Shown here: positions 30,545 through 40,526 of the stretch, one piece after another
Numbering within the stretch: the first letter of the stretch is position 1
How the letters are laid out: each line of letters begins with the position of its first letter
NCBI GenBank assembly: GCA_040377305.1
Contig: JBEIPA010000008.1
Location: 64,001 to 128,000, forward strand
DNA: 64,000 nt
Source of the DNA: Flavobacteriales bacterium
GTDB lineage: Bacteria > Bacteroidota > Bacteroidia > Palsa-965
Direction: 5' to 3'
The notes under the pieces: model-generated
Databases searched by the model: none
What the model was told of the DNA's origin: nothing
The model's input: only the letters and a program-made list of their open reading frames with translations
Position numbers and translations under genes: made by a program

Positions 30545-31284
30545 TTGGTGTCAGTGGATGTATCGTCTTCTTCTTCCACATCACCATTGATACGTGTGAG
30601 CTGAATGTCGTAGCCGTAATTCGCCATTTGCTGTAGTGCATGGTTCTTTCTCGTAACAACTCTTCCGGAAGTAGCGTTCACATTATATTCGAGCGGATTT
30701 GGTAATACAGCCGCTAACCGCGCACATTGCTGATTGCTGATGTCTTTCGCATCCTTCTCGAAGAAATAGGTTGATGCAGCTTGGGCACCGTAAATGCCCG
30801 GCCCGAATTCCACGGAGTTAAGATATACTTCCAGTATCCGGTCTTTCGTCCAGAAAGTTTCAATCAGGAATGTGAACCCAGTCTCCGGTATTTTACGAAT
30901 CCAGGAACTTGTGGGCCAACAGAAAACGTTCTTCGCTGTTTGCTGACTTATCGAACTTGCTCCTCCGGATTTCTTACCGCTCTCCGATTTTTCATAAGCC
31001 TCTTCAATGGATTGCCAGTCGAAACCGTGGTGTGTAAGAAATCGCTGGTCTTCCATACAAACCACTGCGAGTCCAAGATTAGGGGCCATTTCGTCGGCGC
31101 TCACCCATTCATGACGGATTGGTGTTTTCTCAGGAATGTCATTACCCATCTCGCGAAAAAACATGAGTGGTGTCCAGCCAATCGGAAGCCACTTGAGGGC
31201 TATGACCAGCAGCACACTAAAGCAGACCGAGAACAATGAAAATCGCCCAAGAAATAGAAAGAAGGTTCTGACCTGATTTTTCAT
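30541..31284 (-). CDS. mtgA: Monofunctional peptidoglycan transglycosylase
   Basis: EDQRF..HHGFD, GASSISQQTAKN, RK..E, KDRILEVYLN and LPNP motifs. Confidence 0.93.
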   Translation of the reverse strand: MKNQVRTFFLFLGRFSLFSVCFSVLLVIALKWLPIGWTPLMFFREMGNDIPEKTPIRHEWVSADEMAPNLGLAVVCMEDQRFLTHHGFDWQSIEEAYEKSESGKKSGGASSISQQTAKNVFCWPTSSWIRKIPETGFTFLIETFWTKDRILEVYLNSVEFGPGIYGAQAASTYFFEKDAKDISNQQCARLAAVLPNPLEYNVNATSGRVVTRKNHALQQMANYGYDIQLTRINGDVEEEDDTSTDTK

Positions 31285-31349
31285 GCGTAAGGAATTTTCA
31301 CAAAACAAAAGTACAATGAAAAAACAGTTCTATCTTTCACCAACTTTCT

Positions 31350-32606
31350 ATGAACATTCTTCAGAAGTTCCTCCGCAAAGGCACCGAAAATACTACCGAT
31401 CAGTTTGATGCCCGGCGGATTCTTTTGCTCAATTTGTTCTATCTGGTAGCCTCGTTCACGCTCCTGGCTTCAATCATACAATCCATTCTTGCGGGAGAAC
31501 CGAAGGAGATGAGCATTGCACTTTCCATTGCGTGTGTGCTCATGATTGGAGTTCCGGTATTAGGACGAAAAAATCCCAATCTTGGTGCGCTCTACATTAT
31601 TTTTCTGGCGAATATTCTGGTTTGGTTTTTCGCAAACTCATTAGGACTCGCATCCGGAACTTACTTCTTCTATTTTCCGTTGTTCTTCGCAAACGGATGG
31701 CTGATGGATTTTCGCAAGCCATGGCATGCTTTCCTGTTGCTGGCAATGACGGTTAGCAGTGTAATCCTGGTGCTGATTGTTCCGGAATTACTCCTTGGAT
31801 TGGATGTATCAAGAGAAATTCAGGAAGCGTCGTTTGTATTTAACCTGACGACTGCGGCAGTAATCATGGCGGGCAATACGGTCGTGATTGTATGGATGAA
31901 TTATCGCAGACAACAGGAGTTAGAAGTGCGTGTCGAGGAGCGTGAAAAAGTAACTGCACAGCTCACCACTGCATTGAAAGAAAAAGAAATTTTGCTTGCT
32001 GAAATTCATCACCGCGTAAAAAACAATCTTGCTGTGGTACGCGGACTGCTCAACATGCAGTTAAATACAACAACAAATGAAGTAGCCAAAGCAACATTGC
32101 GTGAATCGGTGAATCGCGTTTCTGCAATGGCGCTGATCCATCAGAAATTGTATACAAAACAAAACCCTGATTCAATTGCTCTTGCACCTTATGTGAGTGA
32201 ATTAGTTCGTGAAATTGCTTCTTCCTACCATTCAAATGGGTTAGGCATACCCGAAGTGAATACAGACATCCACGACATTTCACTCACACTAAACCGGGCA
32301 GTTCCCTGCGGTCTTATTCTGAATGAACTTCTTTCGAATGCATTCAAACATGCTTTTCTGAGCGGACAGCAAGGAATCATAGATATCAGTATCACGCGTG
32401 ATCTGCAAAAGGCGGGTTATGTAAATCTCATTGTATCCGACAACGGGAAGGGAATTCCTGAAGATTTCAACCCGGAAACAAGTCCTACGCTCGGCATTAC
32501 GATTATTCAATCGCTCAGTGAACAGCTCGATGGTGATTTTACGTTCGGAGGTTCGCATAGCGGTACTCAAATGAAGGTGAATTTCCCGATTTTGAGTGTT
32601 CACTAA
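31350..32606 (+). CDS. Membrane sensor histidine kinase, HisKA_2 type (orphan)
   Basis: EIHHRVKNNL, NELLSNAFKHA and DNGKG motifs; about 6 TM helices. Confidence 0.9.
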   Translation: MNILQKFLRKGTENTTDQFDARRILLLNLFYLVASFTLLASIIQSILAGEPKEMSIALSIACVLMIGVPVLGRKNPNLGALYIIFLANILVWFFANSLGLASGTYFFYFPLFFANGWLMDFRKPWHAFLLLAMTVSSVILVLIVPELLLGLDVSREIQEASFVFNLTTAAVIMAGNTVVIVWMNYRRQQELEVRVEEREKVTAQLTTALKEKEILLAEIHHRVKNNLAVVRGLLNMQLNTTTNEVAKATLRESVNRVSAMALIHQKLYTKQNPDSIALAPYVSELVREIASSYHSNGLGIPEVNTDIHDISLTLNRAVPCGLILNELLSNAFKHAFLSGQQGIIDISITRDLQKAGYVNLIVSDNGKGIPEDFNPETSPTLGITIIQSLSEQLDGDFTFGGSHSGTQMKVNFPILSVH

Positions 32607-32681
32607 TTCCTGAAGCAATTCCCCTATCATTTTCTTATCTTAGTCAGCCTGATTCGTTATTGAAATACGCAAAACTGCTTT

Positions 32682-34409
32682 ATGAGAAAATTTACCGCTC
32701 TGCTTTTATTCGCTTTCGCATTCACTACAAATGCAAATGCGCAGGCATCAGCTTGTCCGGATGTATTTACAACCGACACTTCCATTTGTGGAACTGCACC
32801 TTGTGTGAATCTCAACGCAACAGTACAGGGAACCAATGGCACAAGCACATATAACATTGCCGCTATTCCCTATTCTCCGTATGCGTTCACAGGTGGAAAC
32901 CAAATTCTCATCGCCATCGACGACATCTGGAGTAGTGTGATTCCACTGCCGTTTTGCTTCGAATACTTCGGTGTTACGTATAACAACATCGTGATTGGCT
33001 CGAATGCAATTGTAACATTTGATCAGGCACAAGCAACGCAATACTGTCAATGGCCAATCGCCAACGCGAATCCTTCGAATGCAAATCCGATGAATTCCAT
33101 CATGGCACCATGGCATGACATTGACCCCTCTATCGGTGTTACTCCGAATGTCAACTGGCAGGTTTATGGAACTGCGCCTTGCCGTCAATTCGTTGTGAGT
33201 TGGGCGGATGTTCCCATGTTCTCCTGCAATAGCATGATGGCAACATCGCAACTGGTGTTGCATGAAACAACAAATATCATTGACGTTTATATACGCGACA
33301 AACCAATTTGTTCTTCCTGGAACAGTGGCGCAGCAATTCTTGGAATTGTAGACCAAACAGCAACGAACGGATACACTGTTGCAGGCTACAACTATCCGAC
33401 TATGTGGAGCGCTACGAATGAGGGATGGAGATTTGAGCCTTCTGGTCCATCGAACTGGACATTTGCCTGGTTCGACATGAGTGGAAATCAGCTCAGCACT
33501 TCACTCACCTATCAGGTTTGCCCTCCTGTAACTACATCTTACGTAGCAGTGTTGACTAATACTTCGTGTGCAGGAACAATCATCGCGCAAGACACTGCGA
33601 CTGTTTCGATCAGCCCGGGGAACATGACGGTTACATCTGCTACCACACCAGAGCAATGCGGAAATTGTCAGGGAACTGCTACCGCCAATCCAACCGGTAC
33701 TGCACCATTCACCTATTTGTGGGCACCGGGCGGACAAACTACACAATCCATAAGCGGACTTTGCGCCGGAACCTATTACGTTACCATTGTTGATGGTGGA
33801 GGTTGTTCAATAGTCGATACCGTCGTCATAACTAACAGCAGTCCGGCTATCAATCCTCTGATCACCACAAACACAAGCAACTTGCAGGTAAGTCAGATCG
33901 GACCGGGTGCACCCGTAGATCTTTGTTATAACACAGCAGGTCCGTCAACTATTACAAGTTGGAATTGGTTGTTTAACGGAACCCAAACTTCGAGCTTACA
34001 AGCGCCGTGTTTCACGGTGAATGATACCGGAAACTATTGCGTCATCCTTGCCGTTAGCGATACGTTTGGATGTTTTGATACCGCAACGGTTTGTATTCTG
34101 GTAACGAGTGAAGCAATCTTCTCTTTCCCGAATGTATTCACGCCGGGAAGCGATGGTGTGAATGACTTATTCCTCCCAACGACTGTTGGTGTAAAAGATG
34201 TCAAAGTGTTCATCTACGATCGTTGGGGTGTTCAGATTTACGAATGGACAGCATCTGATCCGAACGTAAATACCACAGGATGGAACGGAAGAACACAAGG
34301 CGGAAAAGATGCCGTTGATGGTGTTTACTATTGGCACGCAACCGTCGTTGATTTCCAGTCACAAGCGTTTGAAGTGAGCGGTTTTGTCCACCTCATCCGA
34401 GGGAAATAG
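32682..34409 (+). CDS. T9SS type B (gliding-motility-associated CTD) cargo protein with SprB-like and PKD-like domains
   Basis: Signal peptide, GTAPFTYLW/GL.AGTY repeat and C-terminal FPNVFTP..DG.ND.F...IYDRWG...WNG...DGVYY. Confidence 0.88.
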   Translation: MRKFTALLLFAFAFTTNANAQASACPDVFTTDTSICGTAPCVNLNATVQGTNGTSTYNIAAIPYSPYAFTGGNQILIAIDDIWSSVIPLPFCFEYFGVTYNNIVIGSNAIVTFDQAQATQYCQWPIANANPSNANPMNSIMAPWHDIDPSIGVTPNVNWQVYGTAPCRQFVVSWADVPMFSCNSMMATSQLVLHETTNIIDVYIRDKPICSSWNSGAAILGIVDQTATNGYTVAGYNYPTMWSATNEGWRFEPSGPSNWTFAWFDMSGNQLSTSLTYQVCPPVTTSYVAVLTNTSCAGTIIAQDTATVSISPGNMTVTSATTPEQCGNCQGTATANPTGTAPFTYLWAPGGQTTQSISGLCAGTYYVTIVDGGGCSIVDTVVITNSSPAINPLITTNTSNLQVSQIGPGAPVDLCYNTAGPSTITSWNWLFNGTQTSSLQAPCFTVNDTGNYCVILAVSDTFGCFDTATVCILVTSEAIFSFPNVFTPGSDGVNDLFLPTTVGVKDVKVFIYDRWGVQIYEWTASDPNVNTTGWNGRTQGGKDAVDGVYYWHATVVDFQSQAFEVSGFVHLIRGK

Positions 34410-34438
34410 CAATCGCTGGCCTTTAAAAAGTTCAAATT

Positions 34439-34471
34439 ATACCGGGTGTCCCTACGCCCGGTATTTTTTTT
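34439..34471 (+). terminator. Rho-independent terminator
   Basis: ATACCGGGTGT-CCCT-ACGCCCGGTAT followed by a T run. Confidence 0.85.
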
Positions 34472-34574
34472 GCACCCTTTTTGTCTGTTCCGGTAAACAC
34501 CAAAGCCGAATTCCGTGGTCTGAAATGTGAAATTAGCGGCGCATGAGGTAACTTGCGGCGTTATTCATGTTGTA

Positions 34575-34964
34575 ATGACCGACGAACAAACCCTTCCGCA
34601 GTCGTATCCGCTTTCACGCATCATGCACATCATTGCATTGGTGATGTCGGCGATTCTCCTTCTCGTGGGGATTCATATTCTCATGAAAGAAGAAGAGTTC
34701 GAATACGAACTTTACTTCTACTGGTTCATTGCATGTTATCTGATTATTGCAATGCTCGTGAAGATGATTCGCGTGGTGCATGGCGATCACGAAACAAAGA
34801 ATATCGTAATCGGCTTTCTGGTCGAATTTACATTCTTCGCCCCTATCGTCTTCAGCGACTGGCAAACGGATAAGCAGGATTTTGCTCTTGCAATGCTTGT
34901 GACGAATGTCGTACGGACCGCGTATTACATTATGGCTGTGATGAGGAATTCGAAGTTAGTCTAG
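34575..34964 (+). CDS. Hypothetical 4-TM membrane protein
   Basis: Four hydrophobic segments. Likely start ATG 34575. Confidence 0.6.
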   Translation: MTDEQTLPQSYPLSRIMHIIALVMSAILLLVGIHILMKEEEFEYELYFYWFIACYLIIAMLVKMIRVVHGDHETKNIVIGFLVEFTFFAPIVFSDWQTDKQDFALAMLVTNVVRTAYYIMAVMRNSKLV

Positions 34965-35053
34965 AGTCGGGAGACCACAGACGGGAGTAACTATGTTAAA
35001 TTCTACTTTAGCACATTAACCCTCCGCCGCGGCGGAAGCACATTAGCACATTA
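34965..35053. repeat. Composite repeat: GACGGGAG arm plus TTAGCACA octamers interrupted by a 14-bp palindrome
   Basis: AGTCGGGAGACCACAGACGGGAGTA matches 16095-16119 at 24/25 positions. TCCGCCGCGGCGGA lies at 35023-35036. Confidence 0.7.
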
Positions 35054-37282
35054 ATTCAGCATTGCGCCCAACGACTTGTTGTACAAATCGCTGTACTCAG
35101 TAAGTGAACCGAAGTTTTCTCCGTCAATAACGAATGAATTTCCTTTCACTGTTCCGATCACGTTGCCTTTAGAGCCGTTCTTCTCCAGCATCTCAATCAC
35201 TTTCTGCTCATCACCTTTTGCACACGTAACTACAACGCGCGACTGAGCTTCTCCGAAGAGGAATGCATCCTTACGCACTTTGTCGTACGATTTGATGTCG
35301 AAGCCAAGGTTGCCTGCAATTGCGCTTTCCATGAGCGTTACGAACAAGCCGCCATCTGAACAATCGTGTGCAGATTTCACAGTGCGCGATTTGATTACTT
35401 CTTTCACCGCGTTCTGCATATCGAACTCTTCATCAAGATCGAAATACGGAGCTGGAGTATTCTTCACACCGTGGAATGAATAGAGATATTCAGAAGATGA
35501 AATATCGTTGCGGCAATTTCCAACGAGGATGATTGAATCGCCTTCGTCTTTGAAATTCAACGTCATGATATTTTTCTTCGAAGGCACAAGACCCAGCATT
35601 CCGATTGTTGGCGTTGGGAACACAGGACCTTCGTAAGAAGACTGATTGTAGAAGCTCACGTTACCACCTGTAACCGGTGTTTTGAATTTCTCGCAGGCTT
35701 TGCCCATTCCTTTGATAGACCCAACAAACTGCCAGTATACTTCCGGGTTGTATGGATTTCCGAAGTTCAGACAGTTTGTAACTGCAGAAGGCTCTCCGCC
35801 TGAACAAACAATATTGCGTGCTGATTCAGAAACTGCGATTGCACAACCGACTTCCGGATCTGCATTCACATAGCGCGCATTGCAATCTACTTTCAACGCA
35901 ATTGCTTTGTCGGTTCCTTTGATGTTTACGATAGCAGCATCAGAAGGAGCATTCGTGCTCATGTTCACCGTTCCAACCATTGAATCGTACTGATTGAACA
36001 CCCAGCGCTTTGATGCGATGTTTGGATGTCCGGCGAGATGTTTCGCTGCTGCTTTCAGATCAGCGGGTTCTTTCACTGAATCGATTGTGAACTTTTTCGC
36101 TTCTGCAAAGTACGCAGGCTCTTTCCATTCACGCTTATAGATTGGAGCGCCGCCACCGAGTACGAGAGAATCTCCCGGTACATCTGCAACGAGTGTATCG
36201 TGCATATAATACCTGATGCGATCGCCATCAGTCACTTCACCGATCTGTACGCAATTCAAATCCCATTTCTCGAAAACATCAAACACCGGTTTTTCCATTC
36301 CCTTCTTCACCACAATCAGCATGCGCTCCTGTGATTCAGAAAGAAGAATTTCCCAGGCCTTCATGTTCTCCTGGCGAGTCGGAACTTTATCCAGCCACAC
36401 ATTCATGCCGCTCTTCCCTTTCGCCGACATCTCAGAAGTCGAACACGTGATTCCAGCTGCTCCCATATCTTGCATGCCCACAACTGCACCTGTCTTGATT
36501 ACTTCCAAAGTTGCTTCAAGCAAAAGTTTTTCCTGAAAAGGATCTCCAACCTGTACAGCAGGAAGATCTTTCGCTGAATCTTCTGTAATATCTTTTGATG
36601 CAAATGCTGCACCGTGAATTCCGTCTTTCCCTGTTGATGATCCCACAATGAAAACCGGATTTCCTGCTCCGTAAGAAATTGCAGAAACCGTCTCTCCTAC
36701 TTTCACAATGCCCGCACTCATCGCATTCACGAGTGGATTTACATTGTAACACTCATCGAAGAACACTTCTCCACCCACTGTTGGAATTCCGAATGCGTTG
36801 CCATAATCGCCAATGCCTTTTACAACACCGCGCACCAGCCATTTCGTTTTCTCGAGTTTGAGATCACCAAAACGCAATGAGTTCAATCCTGCAATAGGAC
36901 GCGCACCCATTGTGAAAATATCGCGATTGATTCCACCTACTCCGGTTGCTGCGCCTTGATACGGCTCCAATGCAGAAGGGTGATTGTGCGATTCGATTTT
37001 GAATGCGCACGCAAGTCCATCGCCAATATCAACGAGGCCTGCGTTTTCTTCACCAGCTTTCGCCAGCATGTGCGGACCTTCTTTCGGCAGCGTCTTCAGC
37101 CAGGTAATCGAGTTCTTGTATGAACAGTGTTCGCTCCACATTACTGAGTAGATACTCAACTCAGTAAAGTTTGGGGTGCGTCCGAGAATAGAAGTGATCT
37201 GATCAAACTCTTCCGGAAGCAATCCAAGTTGTTTTGCCTGTTCGAGTGTTGCGATTTGTGTTTCTGAAGATGTAACTGCCAT
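35051..37282 (-). CDS. purL: Phosphoribosylformylglycinamidine synthase subunit PurL (small form)
   Basis: MWSEHCSYK, KIESHNHPS, QDMGAAG and LSESQERM motifs. Confidence 0.97.
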   Translation of the reverse strand: MAVTSSETQIATLEQAKQLGLLPEEFDQITSILGRTPNFTELSIYSVMWSEHCSYKNSITWLKTLPKEGPHMLAKAGEENAGLVDIGDGLACAFKIESHNHPSALEPYQGAATGVGGINRDIFTMGARPIAGLNSLRFGDLKLEKTKWLVRGVVKGIGDYGNAFGIPTVGGEVFFDECYNVNPLVNAMSAGIVKVGETVSAISYGAGNPVFIVGSSTGKDGIHGAAFASKDITEDSAKDLPAVQVGDPFQEKLLLEATLEVIKTGAVVGMQDMGAAGITCSTSEMSAKGKSGMNVWLDKVPTRQENMKAWEILLSESQERMLIVVKKGMEKPVFDVFEKWDLNCVQIGEVTDGDRIRYYMHDTLVADVPGDSLVLGGGAPIYKREWKEPAYFAEAKKFTIDSVKEPADLKAAAKHLAGHPNIASKRWVFNQYDSMVGTVNMSTNAPSDAAIVNIKGTDKAIALKVDCNARYVNADPEVGCAIAVSESARNIVCSGGEPSAVTNCLNFGNPYNPEVYWQFVGSIKGMGKACEKFKTPVTGGNVSFYNQSSYEGPVFPTPTIGMLGLVPSKKNIMTLNFKDEGDSIILVGNCRNDISSSEYLYSFHGVKNTPAPYFDLDEEFDMQNAVKEVIKSRTVKSAHDCSDGGLFVTLMESAIAGNLGFDIKSYDKVRKDAFLFGEAQSRVVVTCAKGDEQKVIEMLEKNGSKGNVIGTVKGNSFVIDGENFGSLTEYSDLYNKSLGAMLN

Positions 37283-37294
37283 GAGATTTTGCTT

Positions 37295-37376
37295 TTGTCA
37301 TACTTCGGCTCCGTTCAGTCTGACAATCGCCCTCGATTGAGACCCATTGTCAAACCGAGCGGAGTCGAGGATTGAC
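37295..37376. repeat. REP-like inverted doublet (GTCA..C.GA.CGGAG.CGA) in the purL leader
   Basis: The reverse complement of 37295-37326 (TTGTCAGACTGAACGGAGCCGAAGTATGAC) is homologous to 37347-37376 (TTGTCAAACCGAGCGGAGTCGAGGATTGAC). Confidence 0.7.
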
Positions 37377-37488
37377 TTTGTGAGGTGCAAAATTACGCAG
37401 AACCACGCCTCAAAAAAGGCTATTTTTCAACAAATCATGAGCATTTATCCCTCGAAAATGGCTCAAACAGGTACATTTGAGTTGAACC

Positions 37489-38226
37489 ATGTTTCACGAA
37501 TTCACATTACGACCCGATGCGAAAGGAAAAGTGATCCTGAACACTTTTCTGCAGGGAAGTGTATATTTTGTTTCTATCCTGTTCATCTACCTGTGGTTGC
37601 GCTTTCTTGAACCCGCGGTACTCAAACACTACGGGTTTTACGTCGGCTATGTTTTCGGATTTGTCGCGCTCGCAACAGTAATTTTAATGTTCAGACTTTA
37701 CACGACGGGAATTAAATTCCGCATGCTCACATCCGACACCGACCTTCAATTTACAAGACTGGGCAACAGCATTACAGTTAAGTATTCCGATATAACCAGA
37801 CTGGAAAGAACACCGAACAATATTCTGTTGATCTATACTGTTAGTTCAGATACAAAACCGGTGATCGCTGTTTCAGATACAATTACAGATAGGTCGCGTT
37901 TCGAAGAAATCCTTTCGCAGTTCACACCGATTACTGAGATTGATTCAATACCACGCGCATTTAAGAAAGTGCCGCGTATGTTATTTACGTACACGTTTAT
38001 GACGGCGGTGTTTCTGAATCTGATTTCCCGAAATCCGAATACACAAATTGGGGCAGCACTCATTGTTATCGGACTGTCTGTTTATAGTTTGATTTCTTTC
38101 ATGCGCTTTCGTCACGAGATCAAAAGCACCAATGGAGTTGTAATCATGATTCTGCTGATACTGATAATGCTTGTGAGAATTTTCCTGGCATTGCAACCTG
38201 AACTCTTCCCAAACCCCGTAGTATGA
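37489..38226 (+). CDS. Hypothetical membrane protein (possible bacterial PH-like domain)
   Basis: 2 TM, a beta-rich I...DI..L segment, then 3 TM. TACATTTG -7 box at 37472-37479. Confidence 0.6.
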   Translation: MFHEFTLRPDAKGKVILNTFLQGSVYFVSILFIYLWLRFLEPAVLKHYGFYVGYVFGFVALATVILMFRLYTTGIKFRMLTSDTDLQFTRLGNSITVKYSDITRLERTPNNILLIYTVSSDTKPVIAVSDTITDRSRFEEILSQFTPITEIDSIPRAFKKVPRMLFTYTFMTAVFLNLISRNPNTQIGAALIVIGLSVYSLISFMRFRHEIKSTNGVVIMILLILIMLVRIFLALQPELFPNPVV

Positions 38227-38609
38227 ACCGATTTACCGCAATTTTTCTTCTTCTGATTTGCACTGCAGTTTTCTCCTGCGGTCCATCACTCCGTGAAACC
38301 GGAATTCCTACTGAAGGAACGGTTATTTCCAAGCGGGAAACCGGTCGTGGTTCGAAACTCAAATATTACATCACCGTAAATTTCTTCACTCAACCGGATA
38401 AAGAAAATCCGAAACCTGAACCACCAAAGGACACGACACCGAAAACAGCAGATGAAATCATTGAGAGCCTCACACTGGACATGCACATGGGCGATTACCA
38501 GACAGCTGAAATTTCAGTCACCTCCGCTGAGTATGACAAGTACAGCGAAGGTGATGAGGTAAAGATTCGGTACGACAAAGAAGATCCATCCACAGCCGTG
38601 CTCGAATAG
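38223..38609 (+). CDS. Small lipoprotein, DUF3592-like OB-fold
   Basis: Lipobox VFSC, G..TEGTV and GDEV.IRYD..DP motifs. Confidence 0.6.
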   Translation: MNRFTAIFLLLICTAVFSCGPSLRETGIPTEGTVISKRETGRGSKLKYYITVNFFTQPDKENPKPEPPKDTTPKTADEIIESLTLDMHMGDYQTAEISVTSAEYDKYSEGDEVKIRYDKEDPSTAVLE

Positions 38610-38612
38610 CGT

Positions 38613-40202
38613 TTAGTGTTTCAACAACTTGAATGTTCTGGTTTGTCTGCTAACCGTTGTTGCAGTACAGAAATAAATTCCTTCTGCCACAGTAGAGAGA
38701 TCAATTGTTGCAGTAGTTGAATTCAATGTTTGAACACTAACAAGTTCTCCACGAACAGAATAAATTTCAATACGCTGTATATTTTCTGCGGAGTTCAAAA
38801 CGAATACGCCATCCGAAGATTTTAGAGTGAAGAGTGATGTGCTTTCAGAATTTTCATTTACACCTACGGCAGCATTTCCGAATTTTATTGTGTACGTTTC
38901 CTGATCGGCACACCCGGTGAGATAAACGTCTGTCCCTCCTCCAATTGCTATGCAACCTCGTGGTGCATTCATTGTACCGTACGCATACTGTTGAGAACTC
39001 CACAACACACTCCCGTTCTGATTTGACAGACGATATAAAACTGATCCACCCTGGGAATTCGTTGAAATACTGATGGCCGTCAAAATATCTCCGTTCGATG
39101 TAATATCAAGATCCCAATTGTAGTTATGTATGCCGGACACGCCGAGAGCAACTTCCCAAATTTCCTGTCCTGAAGAGTCGAGTTTCCCGACCATTGCTTC
39201 GCACACTCCAAAATAAGTGGGAACGTTGTAGGCAATAAACACATCTCCATTCACGTCGCTAAGTATGTCAACCGGTTGATAAGAGTTAATTTGCCAACTG
39301 TCGTTGATTGTATCACTCCAGATTTCCTGACAAGACGGTGTGACTTTAGCGACGTATGGACTTGTTGGTTGATTTGCGAATGAACCGGACATAAACTTCG
39401 CGAGGACGTACATATTGCCGAATGGATCCGGGGTTAGTTTTGGAGCTCGCAATCCGTCAAGCCCACCATTGTAAGTAAGATTACCTATACCGATTACGTT
39501 ACCAGTATTCACGTCAATTTCACGAACCTGAACCAAAACCGGACCGACTGCTTGTTGAACCGCTGTTGGCATGTACAGGCGATCGAGCGAACTAAAACAA
39601 ATACTGGTCGCATCCAGTGTTCCGTTCACATCACCGTGCTCCCATTGCAGCGTACCGAACGGATCTAATTTGAATCGAAGTGTGTAAGATTCGGCCCATG
39701 TGCAATTACCGTGGAAATGTTTACCAACCACGTACACATTGTCGTTCTTATCAAGTGCCAGATCATAAGCTTCGTCATTCTCATTGCTGAACTGACTATC
39801 AACATGATTGAACAGTGTTGTATAAATAACGCTTCCGCTCGGACTGTACTTTCGAACAATGATGTTTTGACCAAGGTTTACCTGATTCAGTGCAGTCGTA
39901 TTAATCAGCACGTAACAATTTCCGCTTGCATCAGTTTCAACATCAACTACCATTTCGGCCTGTCCATAGTTATACCAGTCCCACCAAACATAATTACCTG
40001 AGGCATCCAGCAAATAACAAATCGCGTCAAAGCCCAACATATCTCCGACCGCGACGAAGACACCTCCTGATGGGTGGGCTTTGCTGTGTTCGACATCAAA
40101 AGCCTGCCTTGATTCAATGTACTGCCAGGCTGGAGTGGTGGATTGCGCATATGATGCAAAACCAAATGCGAGAATGAAGAAATTGGTAACTATCGTTTTC
40201 AT
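38613..40202 (-). CDS. T9SS type A cargo with beta-propeller (SBBP-like) repeats
   Basis: Signal peptide, D..GN.YV...K....G...W repeats and a C-terminal IYSVRGELV...GIYF CTD. Confidence 0.78.
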   Translation of the reverse strand: MKTIVTNFFILAFGFASYAQSTTPAWQYIESRQAFDVEHSKAHPSGGVFVAVGDMLGFDAICYLLDASGNYVWWDWYNYGQAEMVVDVETDASGNCYVLINTTALNQVNLGQNIIVRKYSPSGSVIYTTLFNHVDSQFSNENDEAYDLALDKNDNVYVVGKHFHGNCTWAESYTLRFKLDPFGTLQWEHGDVNGTLDATSICFSSLDRLYMPTAVQQAVGPVLVQVREIDVNTGNVIGIGNLTYNGGLDGLRAPKLTPDPFGNMYVLAKFMSGSFANQPTSPYVAKVTPSCQEIWSDTINDSWQINSYQPVDILSDVNGDVFIAYNVPTYFGVCEAMVGKLDSSGQEIWEVALGVSGIHNYNWDLDITSNGDILTAISISTNSQGGSVLYRLSNQNGSVLWSSQQYAYGTMNAPRGCIAIGGGTDVYLTGCADQETYTIKFGNAAVGVNENSESTSLFTLKSSDGVFVLNSAENIQRIEIYSVRGELVSVQTLNSTTATIDLSTVAEGIYFCTATTVSRQTRTFKLLKH

Positions 40203-40414
40203 GGGATTGTTTTGATGCAAATTAATTTCAATTCACGTCATAAAAAAACGGATCGAGTTCCGCTCTTACCAACCCACCAGAAAATTGATGCGTGAAAAAT
40301 CTGCGTCTGTGATTCAGTGGAGTACATGCCTTAACAGAGACCGGACGAATATTAATACCAGGTCTTACGCCAGAGACTCTATCGTTTGTTCATTTCATTT
40401 CAAGCAAGTCTGTC

Positions 40415-40445
40415 ACACATGTTACCGAAGTGACTACAAATGTTA
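40415..40445 (+). promoter_or_regulatory. Candidate LytTR operator
   Basis: ACACATGTTA (40415) and ACAAATGTTA (40436), 21 bp apart. Confidence 0.45.
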
Positions 40446-40526
40446 TTGATTATGGAACAGGTATTAAGATGACGTTCCATTGGAATTTGAACGGGATAAA
40501 TTCGTTGTCACTAAAATTCCCTACTT

